Assembly: GCA_965601905.1 (NCBI GenBank)
Contig: CBFCXB010000002.1
Span: forward strand, 1 to 35,350
Reading direction: 5' to 3'
Source of the DNA: an uncultured bacterium
GTDB lineage: Bacteria; Krumholzibacteriota; Krumholzibacteriia; Krumholzibacteriales; Krumholzibacteriaceae
Length of the DNA: 35,350 nucleotides
Shown here: piece after piece, positions 33,661 through 35,350 of the stretch
Layout of the letters: each line of letters starts with the position of its first letter
Numbering within the stretch: position 1 is the first letter of the stretch
The notes under the pieces: model-generated
The model's input: the letters and a program-made list of their open reading frames with translations, nothing else
What the model was told of the DNA's origin: nothing
Database searches by the model: none
Program-made: the position numbers and the translations under genes

Positions 33661-35337
33661 TTATTTTTCGTGCAGCTCCACGCCGATGCTTGTCGCCTTG
33701 AGGCTTCTTGCGTAGATGTACAGCGCACCGCTCACGATTGAAACGAACAGGAACAGCCCCACGATCCAAAGCAGCACCATCTTGCCTTGTCTCTTCTTTT
33801 CCCAGGCGAAGCGCGAGACGGTTTTGGGAACCGTGCCCAGCACGGGTATCTTCAGCACGCGTTCGACCTCATCGACGGACCGGAACGAGTCGTCCATGTA
33901 CTCGGTAATCAGGATAGCGCCGAGGCCGCTGGCGATTCCAAAAAGTAAGGCGAGCAGGATAATCTTGACTTTATCCGGTTCCACCGGTGCGAAGGCCCGT
34001 TCAGCCTTCTCGACGATGCTGATGCGAACCCCGAGATTGGTGCTCTGAACGGCCTCCGAGATCTGCGCCGATGTTTTCGATTCGAGAAAGGTCTGGTATA
34101 TCGCACGGTTCGTTTCGACCTCGTGCGTCAGACGGCTGAACTCCCGTTCCAGCATCGGCTGGCTCTCCATGTCCTGTTTGAACTGATCGATGTAGACCTG
34201 GAGCCTGCGCTCGCGGAACCGTTGGTAATCGATGAGGTAGCGCTGCATATAGTATTCCGTTATCAGGGGGCGGAGCTCCGCCGAGAATTCCTCGTACTCA
34301 TCGTCGACGATGACCCCTATCCGCCGCCAGAGTTCTTCCCAGAGGATCGTCAAATCCGTATCCTCGCCGGGCGCCTGATCCGTTCCGATCTCTTCGAGAA
34401 GTCTCTCCTCTCCGAGTGCGAAAATCCGGTTCTCGTGCGTATTGGCCGTTTCGTCGCCTGCGATTCGATCGGTCGACGGAATGAGCCCGAAAACCGACTG
34501 CAGGCGCTCCCTGACACGCTTGAGAGAGATCTCGCTGTTACCGATCTGCGCGCTGATCGAACGCTTGCGCGCCTCCGCGACGTGAATATTGCCCGAGTTG
34601 ACAGGATTGCTCTCTACATTGGTTTCCATCATCTCGTGCCGCACGCGGGCAAGCTCCTTTTCGGAGGTTTCAAGTTTTTCCTTGTATATCGCGAGCTGTT
34701 CATCACTGAAGGCGCCGGCCTGACGCAGGCCCATCACCTGCTCCTGTTTCACCATCTCGATATACTTCTCGCTGATGCGGCCCGCGAGGATGTAGGCGTT
34801 GGATGGATCGGTGTCGAACACACTCACGCGGAAAAAGCCGGGCATCTTGTTCTGTATGCCGATCTTCGCACGCAACAGCCCGACGAGACGGCGTATGACA
34901 AGCTCCTCGACCGGTATACCCGCCACCGTCTCTCCGGCCTCACCGATGGCTTGACGTGTTTTGTACAAATTGTGCATGTTGAGATCCCTCACGACCTGCT
35001 CGAGGAACGTGCGGCTCATGAGCTTTGTCTCGATCATGGCGCGGTACCGCTGATCTCGCAATCTGTCCCGTTCATCGACCGCCGTAACATATCTGCCCAT
35101 CGTGCGCGAGAGTATGTTCTGATCCTCGACGGATAGCAGTGTGAAGGATTCATAGACCGGCGTTATCTGTTTCACGCCGAAAGCGGCGATGACGATCGAG
35201 AGAACGACGGGCACCAAAAAATAGTACTTTTTCCGCCACAGGATCTTCCCGTAGGTCTGGAGATCGAGCTTCCTCTCCTCTTCCTCGGGTACAATCTTGC
35301 GGACCTTTTCCAACTCCAATACCTTACTACCGGACAC
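33661..35337 (-). CDS. polysaccharide co-polymerase / chain-length determinant (Wzz/GumC-like PCP)
   Basis: N-terminal Wzz motif (ILWRKKYYFLVPVVLSIVIAAFGVKQITPVYES). Long coiled-coil periplasmic region. Second TM with the G-rich KIILLALLFGIASGLGAIL. It pairs with the downstream BY-kinase. Confidence 0.8.
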   Translation of the reverse strand: MSGSKVLELEKVRKIVPEEEERKLDLQTYGKILWRKKYYFLVPVVLSIVIAAFGVKQITPVYESFTLLSVEDQNILSRTMGRYVTAVDERDRLRDQRYRAMIETKLMSRTFLEQVVRDLNMHNLYKTRQAIGEAGETVAGIPVEELVIRRLVGLLRAKIGIQNKMPGFFRVSVFDTDPSNAYILAGRISEKYIEMVKQEQVMGLRQAGAFSDEQLAIYKEKLETSEKELARVRHEMMETNVESNPVNSGNIHVAEARKRSISAQIGNSEISLKRVRERLQSVFGLIPSTDRIAGDETANTHENRIFALGEERLLEEIGTDQAPGEDTDLTILWEELWRRIGVIVDDEYEEFSAELRPLITEYYMQRYLIDYQRFRERRLQVYIDQFKQDMESQPMLEREFSRLTHEVETNRAIYQTFLESKTSAQISEAVQSTNLGVRISIVEKAERAFAPVEPDKVKIILLALLFGIASGLGAILITEYMDDSFRSVDEVERVLKIPVLGTVPKTVSRFAWEKKRQGKMVLLWIVGLFLFVSIVSGALYIYARSLKATSIGVELHEK

Positions 35338-35350
35338 TAATGGCGGTGAA

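Noticed and set aside
34123-35136. 337-aa ORF on the + strand. Similar long antisense ORFs lie at 1795-2658, 3177-3812, 5676-6485, 25650-26330 and 26521-27387.
   Set aside because: Each lies antisense to, or out of frame within, a confidently identified gene (PCP, der, plsY, acyltransferase, response regulator, kinase). All are shadow ORFs without motifs or translation signals.
1-35350. Looked for CRISPR arrays, rRNA, IS/transposase genes, restriction-modification, toxin-antitoxin pairs, reverse transcriptases and other defence hallmarks
   Set aside because: I found no regularly spaced direct repeats. No ORF carries transposase (DDE), Cas, methylase, RT (YxDD) or known toxin motifs. The only recombinase is the truncated integrase at 11453-11758.

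Overview
35.35-kb window from a high-G+C diderm bacterium. LptE and an LpxL-type acyltransferase are present, along with a T9SS/FlgD-Ig-type C-terminal sorting domain. The lineage cannot be fixed without a database search. LEFT (1-11.3 kb, + strand) is a housekeeping array: miaA (3' part), tRNA-Gly(CCC), DUF512-type radical-SAM/PDZ protein, der, plsY, gpsA, MerR regulator, tRNA-Pro(GGG), LpxL-like acyltransferase, GT2 glycosyltransferase, surE, pcm, COG2426-like membrane protein, tRNA-Pro(CGG), M23 peptidase, RpoS/RpoD-like sigma factor, apt, tRNA-Arg(CCT). MIDDLE (11.3-16.3 kb) is the only clearly accessory segment. A ~4.1-kb lower-G+C islet is inserted into tRNA-Arg(CCT) and bounded by a perfect 47-bp direct repeat (11362-11408 / 15509-15555). 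It carries an N-terminally truncated tyrosine integrase, matching 15-bp putative arm-type repeats near both ends, one 808-aa secreted multidomain protein with a T9SS-type C-terminal domain preceded by a sigma-54-like -24/-12 element, and ~1.2 kb of decayed or ORF-poor DNA. About 0.8 kb of AT-rich ORF-poor DNA follows the islet. RIGHT (16.3-35.3 kb) starts with a PDZ/multi-TM/GAF/PP2C sensor phosphatase, a TPR (YfgM-like) protein, a small membrane protein, and a 189-aa secreted protein that shares its Cys-containing domain with the N-terminus of the islet cargo. A ~14-kb co-directional minus-strand array follows: PCP/Wzz-like protein, BY-kinase, unknown 389-aa membrane protein, Fn3 lipoprotein, small phosphoglycosyl transferase, GAF/PAS histidine kinase, sigma-54-dependent response regulator, lptE, holA, thioredoxin, leuS. 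I saw no rRNA, CRISPR array, transposase, or recognisable restriction, toxin-antitoxin, Cas or retron module. I did not find an unambiguous new multi-gene system. The best novelty candidates are the tRNA-Arg islet with its cargo, the uncharacterised Cys-containing domain shared by two secreted proteins, the unknown proteins inside the EPS module, and the coupling of a two-component system to lptE-holA. All functional calls rest on motif recognition by eye; no searches were run.
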